From Chloroflexia bacterium (lineage in GTDB: Bacteria > Chloroflexota > Chloroflexia > QHBQ01), in contig JBBRMT010000003.1 in the NCBI GenBank assembly GCA_038230695.1, forward strand, positions 1 to 54,247: 54,247 nucleotides of DNA, in the 5' to 3' direction. The notes beneath the pieces are model-generated. The model had not been told where the DNA came from. It made no database searches and saw only the letters and a list, made by a program, of their open reading frames with translations. A program made the translations under genes and the position numbers. Below, one piece after another: positions 29,142 through 38,065 of the stretch (its first letter is position 1; every line of letters begins with the position of its first letter).

Positions 29142-29837
29142 CTATTTGTAGCTCATCACCACGATGCGACCTTGCCCTGGGGTAAGGTCGGTTTTGTGTA
29201 TAGTGATGATATGTGGCGCATCGGTGGGTGGTGGTGCGCCGAGGAAGTCGTCCACCGGCTGGAGCTGCGTGGGTACGGCAATCGCAGCGGTAAGATAGTG
29301 CATGGGGATGGCAATCGTGGGCTGTACCTGGGCGATGATCTGGTGCGCGGTTACGCCGTCAATGGTCGGGCCGCCGCCAACCGGCAGCATCAGCACATCA
29401 ACGCGACCCAGCGCCGCAAGCTGCTCATCGGTAAGCGCGGGTTGGCCGAAGTCACCCATTTGGACAAGGCGAAGGTCGTCAATATCTACCACCCACATCG
29501 AATCCTCGCCCCGCTCCTGGCCCTGAACTTTGTCATGGAAGGCGGCCACATCGTAGACGCTTGCGTTGCCCACCTGCTGCTTGATTGGCTGAAAGTGGCC
29601 TTCGGCATCGAGGCCAAACAGATGCGGGCTATCGGGCGCTGCATCAACGTAGCTATGATCGCGGTGCAGATGGGTAACTAGCACGGCATCAACGCGGTCA
29701 AATACGGGCAGGTCGTAGCCCATGGTGGGTATAGGTGGGTCAATCAGGATGGTGGTGCCATCGCTGGCAGTGAGCAGGAAGCACGCATGGCCGAACCAGG
29801 TAATGCTCAGGCCGCCTTCAGTCCGATTGGTTTGCAT
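29142..29837 (-). CDS. MBL-fold metallo-hydrolase (UlaG/lactamase_B_3-like)
   Basis: ITWFGHACF, IDP, THLHRDH, GD, LPVGG and IPMHY motifs. Confidence 0.9.
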   Translation of the reverse strand: MQTNRTEGGLSITWFGHACFLLTASDGTTILIDPPIPTMGYDLPVFDRVDAVLVTHLHRDHSYVDAAPDSPHLFGLDAEGHFQPIKQQVGNASVYDVAAFHDKVQGQERGEDSMWVVDIDDLRLVQMGDFGQPALTDEQLAALGRVDVLMLPVGGGPTIDGVTAHQIIAQVQPTIAIPMHYLTAAIAVPTQLQPVDDFLGAPPPTDAPHIITIHKTDLTPGQGRIVVMSYK

Positions 29838-29882
29838 CGGTGAGCCTTTCTTATAATTCTCTGCTCCGAGAGTGGATTATCC

Positions 29883-29907
29883 GTAGGGGCGCAGATTTAT
29901 CGCGCCC
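29883..29907 (+). repeat. GTAG-family REP palindrome
   Basis: GTAGGGGCGCAGATTTATCGCGCCC; identical at 45844 and inverted at 49324. Confidence 0.85.
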
Positions 29908-29941
29908 ATCCGTTTTATAGCAGCCTCATAGAGCATTGGTA

Positions 29942-31387
29942 TTATTCATTGGCCCCGCGCCGGTGATGGGTGGGGGCTGTGACCAGCGGGCCTTCAATCT
30001 CTTTCGGCGCAACCTGATCGAGCAACGCTTCAGCGCTCTGCTGCATCCCGCCCTGCAAGGTGGGGAATAGCGCGACGGTGGGGGCAATGTCGTGGATGCT
30101 GCCGCCGGTACGGACCACCATGATCGCATCGTAGACCAGATCCGCCGCATCGGGGCCGACAATGTGGCAGCCGAGAATGCGGTGGGTTTTGCGCTCGATA
30201 ATGTATTTGATGAACCCCGTAGTTTCACCAATCAGGCTGGCTTTGGACACTTTGGCGAAGGGTGTCACCTGAATGGCAATATCGTGGCCTGCGTCACTGG
30301 CTTGCTGCTCGGTGAGGCCGATGCTGCCGATTTCAGGGTCGGTGAATATAGCGTGACCGATCGCCTCGCGCTTCATCTTGACCCGTTCGCTGCCGAAGGC
30401 GTTGGTATAGGCTACCTTGCCCTCCTCCAGACAGGCAGGGGTGAAGGGCTGCTGGCCGTTGGCATCGCCAATTGCATATATGCCGGGGATGTTAGTCTCC
30501 AGATAATCGTTGACCGCGATGTTGCCCTTGTCGTCGGTTTTGATACCCGCCACGTCCAGGTTCAGGGTATCGGCATTCGATTGCCTGCCGGTGGCGATGA
30601 ACAGGTGACTGCCCTCGACACTGCGCTCCTCGCCCGCCTTGTTCTGCACGGTGAGGCGAATACCCTGCTCGGTAGCTTCGACGCGGCTGGCCTTGTAGCC
30701 CAGCAGCAGGTTGATGCCCTCGTCGCGGAACGCCTGCTCGATCACCTTGCTGATCTCCAACTCCTCGTTGGGAACGAGGTGGATGTTGCTCTGCACGATG
30801 GTGACTTCCGCGCCATAACGACGGTAGCACTGGCCCAGTTCGCAACCGATATAGCCGCCGCCCAGCACGATCAGATGGCTGGGCAGTTCAGTCAGGTTCA
30901 TCACGTTCTCATTGGTATAGAACTGCACCCCAGCAAGCCCCACGATATGAGGAACAACGGGCCGCTGGCCGGTGGCGAGGAAGATTTTAGTGGCGTGCAG
31001 AGTGCGCCCTTCGACAGTAATCTGATGGTCGCCGCTAAACTGGGCGCGGCCCTTGATCAGGGTGAGGTTCTTGGCTGCGTGCGCCTCAGCCAGCATACTG
31101 TTGCGCTCCTTGTCCAATCGTGCATCCTTCTCCTTGACGATGGCAGCGAGGTCAACCGTTGGGGCGCTGGTAGTGACGTGGTAGCGGGCGGCGGTACGAA
31201 CCTGGTGGGCAATGCGGGCGCGGTGGATCATGAACTTGCTGGGGACGCACCCATAGTTGAGACAGGTGCCACCGTAGGGATCTTGATATATCAGGGCGAC
31301 TTTCTTGCCCGCAGGTACGGCCATGCTCTCCACCTGAGTGCCAGCCTCGCCCGCACCGATGATAATCGCGTCAAACTCTTCCGACAT
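29942..31387 (-). CDS. Flavoprotein disulfide reductase (dihydrolipoamide dehydrogenase/mercuric reductase family)
   Basis: The likely start is MSEEF at 31387 (AGGAG RBS). IIGAG, GGTCLNYGCVPSK, GGGYIG, ATGR and YAIGD motifs. Confidence 0.9.
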   Translation of the reverse strand: MSEEFDAIIIGAGEAGTQVESMAVPAGKKVALIYQDPYGGTCLNYGCVPSKFMIHRARIAHQVRTAARYHVTTSAPTVDLAAIVKEKDARLDKERNSMLAEAHAAKNLTLIKGRAQFSGDHQITVEGRTLHATKIFLATGQRPVVPHIVGLAGVQFYTNENVMNLTELPSHLIVLGGGYIGCELGQCYRRYGAEVTIVQSNIHLVPNEELEISKVIEQAFRDEGINLLLGYKASRVEATEQGIRLTVQNKAGEERSVEGSHLFIATGRQSNADTLNLDVAGIKTDDKGNIAVNDYLETNIPGIYAIGDANGQQPFTPACLEEGKVAYTNAFGSERVKMKREAIGHAIFTDPEIGSIGLTEQQASDAGHDIAIQVTPFAKVSKASLIGETTGFIKYIIERKTHRILGCHIVGPDAADLVYDAIMVVRTGGSIHDIAPTVALFPTLQGGMQQSAEALLDQVAPKEIEGPLVTAPTHHRRGANE

Positions 31388-31479
31388 TACTTTTCTCCTA
31401 TAGTTGCGATGGGCAATTAGGCGAGGGCAAGATTCTCCCCTCACCAAACCTTTCCCCGCTGGGGAGAGGCTTTTTACGG

Positions 31480-32220
31480 CTAAAGCTTGATACCGTAACC
31501 TAGATACGAAAGTGAGGTGTCCTTGCTGATGGTGAAGCCACCGGCGTAGCGTTCGCGCAGCAAGCCGAGCGCGACGGCAATAGGGTTGCGGACGGGACTG
31601 AGGCCGCGCACCTCCTGGTTTTGCACACCGGCGCGAGCGAGGGCGAGGGTCAGTTCGTCGGGCGGCACGAACATTTGCCACTCGTGGGTGTTCGGCGGGG
31701 CGGCGTGCAAGATGTTCTGCACCGCGACGATAGCAAGCATGAACGACTTTACGGTGCGGTTGATGGTGTCATAGGCCAGCACCCCACCAGGGCGTATCAC
31801 GCGGGCCATCTCGCTCACTGCGTCATCGAGGCGGTTGGAAACGTGTTCGAGGAAGTCGGAGCTAACCACTGCATCAAAGCTGCCATCAGCAAAGGGCAGG
31901 TCGAAGACGCTGCCGACAAGGTATTCGATGTTGAACCGACCACTACCTGCAGCGTGGCGGCGAGCAACGGCGATGCTGGGGGCGGATAGGTCAATGCCGG
32001 TCACGATTGCGCCCGCCTGCGCCAGTTGTTCGCTAACCAGCCCGCCACCACAGCCGACATCAAGGATGCGCATACCCCGAACCTCGCCCAGCACCTGACG
32101 AATGGCCGAGCGGAAGTAGCCGCTGCGGGTGGGGTTCATCTCGTGCAGCAGGCAGCACGCGCCGCGTGGCGACCACCATTCGTCGGCCAGGTCATCATAC
32201 CAGGTGTTGTTAATCGGCAA
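31480..32220 (-). CDS. UbiG-like SAM-dependent O-methyltransferase
   Basis: WW.P.G...LH.MNP.R, LDVGCGGG, LEHV and TINRT.KS motifs. Confidence 0.8.
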   Translation of the reverse strand: MPINNTWYDDLADEWWSPRGACCLLHEMNPTRSGYFRSAIRQVLGEVRGMRILDVGCGGGLVSEQLAQAGAIVTGIDLSAPSIAVARRHAAGSGRFNIEYLVGSVFDLPFADGSFDAVVSSDFLEHVSNRLDDAVSEMARVIRPGGVLAYDTINRTVKSFMLAIVAVQNILHAAPPNTHEWQMFVPPDELTLALARAGVQNQEVRGLSPVRNPIAVALGLLRERYAGGFTISKDTSLSYLGYGIKL

Positions 32221-32278
32221 TCTTGCGCCCTCTCCCTACCTCCCCCGGTGGGGGAGGGATTTATTGCTCTGGGTTCGA

Positions 32279-33001
32279 CTAGCCCACGTATTGCTTGAAG
32301 AATGAGATGAGTTCGGCGAAGGCATCGGCGGCGGCATCAGGGTTGCCTTTGCCGTGATCTGGGTTCATGAAGGCGTGACCGACATTGGGATAGACCAGCA
32401 CTCGGTAGTTCTTCCCCTGCTCTTGCAGCAGGTTCTCCATGTTCTCAATCGCACTCTTGGGGATACCCTGGTCATCTTCGCCATAGACGGCCAGTATTGG
32501 CACGGTAATCTTGGCAACATCCTCGGCGCTGGGATTGTAGCGCCCCCCTACACCATAAAATGGCGCGATGCAGGCTAGCTGGCCGCTGGCAGCTTCGGCC
32601 GTCCTCCAGGTGAGCAGCCCGCCCATGCAGAAGCCGGACACTGCTACCACCTTCGGCTCCACATCGTCACGGCTACGCAGATAGGTGATCGCTTGCAGAA
32701 TCTCGGTGACTGCCTTGTCCATGTTCAAGGCCATCGCTTCCTTGCGGGCATCATCCGGCTCGGTAACAACCTTGCCATGGTAGAGGTCGGGGGCAAGCAC
32801 GACGTAACCCTCGGTGGCGACTTGCTGCGCCAGATCCTTGATATGCGGCTCGACTCCCCATGCTTCCTGCACCACGATTACGCCCGGGTGGGGCTGACCA
32901 CCATCCTTGGGCCGCGCTAGGAAGCCATCGGCAGTGCCGCCGTTGCCCGGATAGCTGACCACTTCGGTAGTTGTGTTATAGCCTTGCGGGTTGGGTTGCA
33001 T
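32279..33001 (-). CDS. Dienelactone hydrolase family protein
   Basis: QEAWG, APDLY, GFCMGG, GEDD and GHAFMN motifs. Confidence 0.93.
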   Translation of the reverse strand: MQPNPQGYNTTTEVVSYPGNGGTADGFLARPKDGGQPHPGVIVVQEAWGVEPHIKDLAQQVATEGYVVLAPDLYHGKVVTEPDDARKEAMALNMDKAVTEILQAITYLRSRDDVEPKVVAVSGFCMGGLLTWRTAEAASGQLACIAPFYGVGGRYNPSAEDVAKITVPILAVYGEDDQGIPKSAIENMENLLQEQGKNYRVLVYPNVGHAFMNPDHGKGNPDAAADAFAELISFFKQYVG

Positions 33002-33051
33002 AATTGCTCCTATTCTATTTTATACCGATTTGCCGAAAGGGGTGCATTTCC

Positions 33052-33075
33052 GTAGGGGCGGGCTGCGCTCGCCCT
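33052..33075 (+). repeat. GTAG-family REP palindrome
   Basis: GTAGGGGCGGGCTGCGCTCGCCCT. Confidence 0.75.
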
Positions 33076-33200
33076 GGTGAAGTGCATCAATGCCGATATT
33101 ACCGCTTAATCCAGAGGATTTGGTAGTTACGACTAGCAATTGATGTACTTCAGCAATACCCCTCACCCAGCCTCTCCCGCAAGGGGAGAGGAGGTTAAGG

Positions 33201-34016
33201 TTAGCCGTTCACCAGCTTGATAAACTCATCGGCGCTGGAGGGGGCGTGGCCCGCCCACTGGTTGTTGAAGTAGCCCCAGACGGTGCGGCCCTCGGCCAGC
33301 ATCTTTTTGGCGATCTCCGCCCACTTTTGCAGATCCTCGCTGCGGTCTTGCGCCTCAATCGGTTTGTCCATCTCGCCCAGCCAGCGGATATAGACGAAAT
33401 CGGTAGTGGCGACATCGAGATAGCGGGGCAGCCAGGGCGCAGCGTTGGAGGTAAGGGTCAGGGCGATGTTGTGAAAGCGCAGGATATTGTAGAGCTTATC
33501 GCCCAACCAGCCCTTGTGCCGCACCTCGACGGCGTAGCGGTAGGGATGCACCACGCCGTCTGCGTCAGTCGCCGTGATCGGTGGCAGGGCGGCCAGGTAG
33601 GTCTCCAGCGCGGCGTAATTCTCCTCGGTTGGCTTGAAGCTGTAGGGGAACTGCAAAACGAATGGCCCCATCTTGCTGCCTAGCACGGCCATGGTAGTGA
33701 TGAACTCGTCAGTCTCGGCCTGTGCATCGAACAGCTTCTTGTCGTGGGTGATGATACGCGGGAACTTGGCGGCAAAGATGAAATCGGCAGGGGTGCGCTG
33801 CTGCCAGTCGGCTACGCTGGTGGCGCGGGGGATGCCGTAGAAAGTGCTGTCCAGCTCGACCGTCTGAAAATGCTTGACGTATTCATCCAGCATCGTCTTC
33901 GAGTCGCTCATACCTTCGGGGTAGAAGTTGCCCGCCCACTCCTTATAGTTCCAGCCAGCCGTGCCGACATGGAGTGCTGAGTGCTGAGTGCTGGGTGCTG
34001 AGTCTTGATTAGCCAT
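33201..34016 (-). CDS. DUF72 domain protein
   Basis: GTAGWNY..W...FYP, VELDSTFY, K.PR.ITH, LQFP, AVEVRH..W, YIRW.G and YFNN...HAP motifs. Confidence 0.92.
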   Translation of the reverse strand: MANQDSAPSTQHSALHVGTAGWNYKEWAGNFYPEGMSDSKTMLDEYVKHFQTVELDSTFYGIPRATSVADWQQRTPADFIFAAKFPRIITHDKKLFDAQAETDEFITTMAVLGSKMGPFVLQFPYSFKPTEENYAALETYLAALPPITATDADGVVHPYRYAVEVRHKGWLGDKLYNILRFHNIALTLTSNAAPWLPRYLDVATTDFVYIRWLGEMDKPIEAQDRSEDLQKWAEIAKKMLAEGRTVWGYFNNQWAGHAPSSADEFIKLVNG

Positions 34017-34061
34017 AGTGTTCCCCCTTCCAACATCCCCCTTTGAGGAGGGGGGAAATGG

Positions 34062-34778
34062 CTAACCCAGGTGGTTCTTGAAGAAGGCGATCAGTTCGGC
34101 CCAGGCATCAGCGGCGGCATCGGCGTTGCCCATGCCGTGTTGCGGGTTCATGAAGGCGTGACCGGCGTTAGGGTAGATGATGACCTTGGAATCGTCCTTC
34201 TCCTGCTGCTCGATCAGGCTCTCGATATTATCGCGGGTACTCTTGGGGATGCTCTGGTCGTTCTCGCCAAAGATGGCAAGGATCGGCACGGTAATCTTCG
34301 CCATATCTTCGGCGCTGGGATTGTAGCCGCCGCCGTAGAATGGCGCGATGCAGGTAAGATGGTCATTGTACTTCTGGGCGGTGTGCCAGGTGAGCATCCC
34401 GCCCATGCAGAAGCCCGCCATGCCCAGCGATTTTGGCTCGACATCGTCGCGCCCACTGAGGTAGCTTATTGCCTGCCCGATCTCGGTAACTGCCTGATCC
34501 TTGTTCAGCTCCATCGCCCCTTTTTGCGCCTCGTCTGGCTCGGTGACAACCTTACCGTGGTAGAGGTCGGGGGCAAGCACGATGTAACCCTCGTTGGCAA
34601 GCTGCTGCACCAGATCCTTGATGTGGGTGTCAATGCCCCACCACTCTTGCACCAGAATCACGCCGGGATGCTGCGCCCCATCATTGGGGCGGGCGAGGAA
34701 GCCATCGGCGCTACCGCCATTGCCCGAATAACTAACCGTCTCGCTGGTAACATTATAGCCCTGGGGATTAGGTTGCAT
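34062..34778 (-). CDS. Dienelactone hydrolase family protein (paralog of 32279-33001)
   Basis: Starts MQPNPQGY after an AAGGAG RBS. QEWWG, GFCMGG and GHAFMN motifs. Confidence 0.93.
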   Translation of the reverse strand: MQPNPQGYNVTSETVSYSGNGGSADGFLARPNDGAQHPGVILVQEWWGIDTHIKDLVQQLANEGYIVLAPDLYHGKVVTEPDEAQKGAMELNKDQAVTEIGQAISYLSGRDDVEPKSLGMAGFCMGGMLTWHTAQKYNDHLTCIAPFYGGGYNPSAEDMAKITVPILAIFGENDQSIPKSTRDNIESLIEQQEKDDSKVIIYPNAGHAFMNPQHGMGNADAAADAWAELIAFFKNHLG

Positions 34779-34838
34779 ATCTACTCCTTCTGTTTCCGCA
34801 AAATGATACACTGCGGTTTCTCATGTTGAGATTATAAC

Positions 34839-34872
34839 ACAAACGCGGCGGTAATTTTACCGTCGCGTTTGT
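34839..34872 (-). terminator. Terminator hairpin downstream of the glycoside hydrolase
   Basis: ACAAACGCGGCGGTAA-TT-TTACCGTCGCGTTTGT. Confidence 0.65.
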
Positions 34873-34905
34873 TACTTGCAAGCATCGTGCCGCCATTGGT
34901 GGGGG

Positions 34906-37527
34906 CTAAAACGGTGAGGTGGGGATGGCTTGGGTTAGCGGGCCGAGCGGCCCAGAATTGCCCCAGGCATCAACTGGAATGACCGCGAAGTAGTAGTTAG
35001 CGCCGTCGGTGAGCGCCAGCGCTTTGCCGCTGGTCTGGCTGACCGCCAGCCGCACGCGGGTGTGCATCGCGGTTGCGTCAAGCTGGGCCACTGGCTTCAT
35101 GCCATCCACCGAGTCGAATGACGCATCGCTGGCGTAGATGCGGTAGCCGACTGTGGTAGTGGCTGGCTGGTAACCAACCCAGTCAAGTTCGACCGCGCTG
35201 CCACGCTGACTATCGGCGGCCAGCGCGTTTATCGGCGGCTGGGCCACGCTATCGTGGTCCACCCGCAAGAGGCGGATGTTGTCCACGTACAGCACCCGTC
35301 CCGCTTCTGCCTGGCGATAGCCAAATAGATAGTGGCCGATCTGGGTGAGATCAATCTTGGTCGCAGTGTTTATCTGATAGGCGAAATGTTCGTTGCCGGG
35401 GTAGACCTGGGCCTGCCAGTCGGCGGCCACGCTGGAGTCGTCGTTGTAGATGGCGGAGTGAACCAGCGGGTAGGGAAAGGCCAGTGAGGGATTGGTAACA
35501 TCGAGGGCGAGGAAGTCGTACTGCGACCAGTCGCGGGGTTGGAAGTCCGCCCCCTCCGGCTGCTTGTAAGCGCCCGCCCACAGAGTATCGTAGTTGCTCT
35601 GGCCGGTGTAGCCAAACTGCGCCGCCTGTGTGCCGGAGGTGGCCCCGGCACCCACACCGAGGATGCTGACCGCGCCGGACGGGTCGGAGCGCCAGCTTGC
35701 CAGGTCGGCATCGCTCTCGAAGTCGCTAATGGTGGCAACCGTGTTGACGCTATAAACATAGAAAGGCTGCGCGGCAGTGTAGGCCAGACCATCGGGCCGG
35801 TCGGACCAGGCGCGGATGCGCCAGTACCAGCGGCCAGTATCAAGCGGGTCGGGCAGTTGCAGCCAGGTGCCAGTTGCCACATAGGTGCGCGAGTCGGCGA
35901 AATCTGGGCGGCGCGATAGCTGCAGCGTGTAGGTTGTCACCCCACTAACCCCCTCCCACGAGAAGGTGGGGTCACTGCTGAATACCTTGCCGAAGGCGCG
36001 AGGATAATAGGGGGTTGGCACTGCGCCCACCGTTTGCCCAACGCGCTGCTCGTAGACGTGCTGGTTATAATCGGCCATTCGCAGCACCAGCGAGTTGTAG
36101 GGGCGGTCGGTTGCGTCTACCAGACCCCAGTTGTTGCTCTGGTCGGAGCGAAGGCCCACTGCCGGATCATCGGCATAGTCGAACCAGTGAACACCAACCA
36201 CATATGGGCGCTTGACCAGTTCGTTGATGAAGGTACGATAGGCATCGGCGCGGCTGTCTTGAGTAGGCAGGATGGGGCCGGGGCTGCCGAAGTTGTTGGG
36301 CTGGCCGCTGTCGGCGGCGCGGGCGGTGAACTCGGTGATTAGCACCGGCTTGTTGCCCCATACGCCCGCCTGATCCACGGTGGTGAGATCGGGCGCGGCA
36401 TAGTTGAAGTTACGATTGTAAACGTTGACCGATTGCACATCAATATAGGGCTGGGCGGCCTCCACCACGGCACGGAACTGCGGCGGCGGTAGGTGACGGT
36501 CGCCGAGGATGAGATGGTTGGGGTCACGGGCGCGAACGCTGCTGCTGGTGACGCTATAGTAGCGGTCGGCAATCTGGCGTAGGAAGGCATCTTTGTTGTC
36601 ATCGGCGGCGGGGTTGGTAATGCTGGTGGTGTTGAGCAGGCTGGTGGCCTCATTACCGTTGAAGCTAGTGTAGCCGCTGCCCCAGGCGGCGTTGAGCGCA
36701 CCAATCGAGGCGTAGCGCGAGGTCAGCAGATTTACCCAGGCCCGTTTGCCCGCCGCGCTGGCGGGCAGGGCAATGTAGTTCTCCACCACGGTGTTGTGGG
36801 GTTGGGCGACATAGAAGCCGTTGTGATACCACCACAGTTCGTTGTCGAGGAAGTAGCCCAGCAGCCAGGGATTGTGGATGGCGGCATCGCTGATGTTGGC
36901 CTTGACCGCTTGCTGCACCGCGGGGGGGAAGGCGGGGTCGAAAACATCGGGGAAGCCTGAGCTGGCGCGGGGCATCTGCCCGGCGGTAAGGTCGAGCAGG
37001 CGAGTTGAAACCAGGCCGCGCCCATCCAGGGCGGGATCGCTCCAACTGCCAATAGTGTTGAAACCCCAGCTAATTAGACGCTGGCTGGCGAGGTTGTACC
37101 AGGCGCCCAGGTCAGGATACTGCTTTGCGTTGTAATAAGCGTAACTATCGGTCGCGCCGCTGCCCACCGATGGCGAGATTGAATTGACCCCCATTGACCA
37201 AAAGGCGTGGCCTTCGGGCGTAACCAGCCACCAGCGACCATCAATCTGCGCGGTGCGGAAGTAGCCGCTGCTGTTGTCAATCGGCAGCCCAAGAGAGCCG
37301 CCATACTGATCGCTGCTAGGGCCGTGCGCCCCCCCTGATGTAGCGAACGGTGGAGTTTGGTTGCTTTTGACCCCACCATCACTAAGCGGCGCTGCTTTAT
37401 TTTGCAGCGAATGGCTACCGCCCAACTGCCCCGGCCCCAACGTCAACACCAACAGCAGCAGCAGGCTGAGAGCGACCTGCGTTCTTAGCATCCAATGTGG
37501 CATCTGATTGCGCTCCTTCCCGGACAT
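34906..37527 (-). CDS. Secreted glycoside hydrolase, GH50 (beta-agarase)/GH42-like, with C-terminal FN3 and CBM-like domains
   Basis: Signal peptide plus GYFR...GRWWLVTPEG, WGFNTIG.WS, PWLLGYFLDNEL, KPVLITEF and VGVHWF.YAD motifs. Confidence 0.8.
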   Translation of the reverse strand: MSGKERNQMPHWMLRTQVALSLLLLLVLTLGPGQLGGSHSLQNKAAPLSDGGVKSNQTPPFATSGGAHGPSSDQYGGSLGLPIDNSSGYFRTAQIDGRWWLVTPEGHAFWSMGVNSISPSVGSGATDSYAYYNAKQYPDLGAWYNLASQRLISWGFNTIGSWSDPALDGRGLVSTRLLDLTAGQMPRASSGFPDVFDPAFPPAVQQAVKANISDAAIHNPWLLGYFLDNELWWYHNGFYVAQPHNTVVENYIALPASAAGKRAWVNLLTSRYASIGALNAAWGSGYTSFNGNEATSLLNTTSITNPAADDNKDAFLRQIADRYYSVTSSSVRARDPNHLILGDRHLPPPQFRAVVEAAQPYIDVQSVNVYNRNFNYAAPDLTTVDQAGVWGNKPVLITEFTARAADSGQPNNFGSPGPILPTQDSRADAYRTFINELVKRPYVVGVHWFDYADDPAVGLRSDQSNNWGLVDATDRPYNSLVLRMADYNQHVYEQRVGQTVGAVPTPYYPRAFGKVFSSDPTFSWEGVSGVTTYTLQLSRRPDFADSRTYVATGTWLQLPDPLDTGRWYWRIRAWSDRPDGLAYTAAQPFYVYSVNTVATISDFESDADLASWRSDPSGAVSILGVGAGATSGTQAAQFGYTGQSNYDTLWAGAYKQPEGADFQPRDWSQYDFLALDVTNPSLAFPYPLVHSAIYNDDSSVAADWQAQVYPGNEHFAYQINTATKIDLTQIGHYLFGYRQAEAGRVLYVDNIRLLRVDHDSVAQPPINALAADSQRGSAVELDWVGYQPATTTVGYRIYASDASFDSVDGMKPVAQLDATAMHTRVRLAVSQTSGKALALTDGANYYFAVIPVDAWGNSGPLGPLTQAIPTSPF

Positions 37528-37586
37528 AAAATTACCGTGTACTCTCTATGCTATAGTCAAACGAGCGCGATTCGCTTCAGTTATTT

Positions 37587-38051
37587 TTATAAGAGTTGCT
37601 GACAATTCTGGCACCGGCCATAGACCTCCAGATGGTGGCCCTCTACCCTGAAGCCCTGGCGTTCGCCCAGCCGCGCCAGCAACGCTTCGACCTCACCTTG
37701 CTCGAAATCCATTACCCGATTGCAGTTGGCGCAGACGATGTGGTGATGGTGGGCGCGACCACAGACTACATAGCTGTGGCAGCCCGCATCGTCCAGGTGG
37801 ACGCGCTGCAAGATGCCCACCTCGGTTAGCAAATCAAGAGTTCGGAAAACCGTGGCCCGCCCGATGCTGGCAGCCTCGCGCTGCACGCTGTCGAGCAACT
37901 CGGCGGAAGTGAAGCGCTCGTGGCCGCCCGCACTAATGGCAAGGATGGCGCGGCGTGGCTCGGTCAAGCGGTAGCCTGCATTGTCCAATTGACGCAGCAA
38001 TGTTGCTGTCGGATCTCTTCTAATTGCCTCACTTACCATTGTAGCTCCCAT
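37587..38051 (-). CDS. Fur family transcriptional regulator (Zur/Fur-like)
   Basis: GYRLT.PR, ATVFRTLDLL, HHHHIVCANC and YGRCQNC motifs. The start may be at 38039. Confidence 0.92.
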   Translation of the reverse strand: MGATMVSEAIRRDPTATLLRQLDNAGYRLTEPRRAILAISAGGHERFTSAELLDSVQREAASIGRATVFRTLDLLTEVGILQRVHLDDAGCHSYVVCGRAHHHHIVCANCNRVMDFEQGEVEALLARLGERQGFRVEGHHLEVYGRCQNCQQLL

Positions 38052-38065
38052 CCTTTATTGATACT

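Noticed and set aside
29942-31387. merA mercury resistance gene
   Set aside because: It lacks the C-terminal Cys-Cys pair and NmerA domain, and there are no mer genes nearby.
31388-31681. N-terminal extension of the disulfide reductase ORF
   Set aside because: It overlaps the UbiG-like gene and a repeat; the RBS and family homology begin at 31387. Similar over-extended starts were trimmed at 7439, 16585, 22439, 40701, 43626, 43671 and 53480.
31480-32220. Assigning the symbol ubiG and inferring ubiquinone synthesis
   Set aside because: The motifs are UbiG-like, but no other ubi genes are present and the substrate cannot be determined from sequence.
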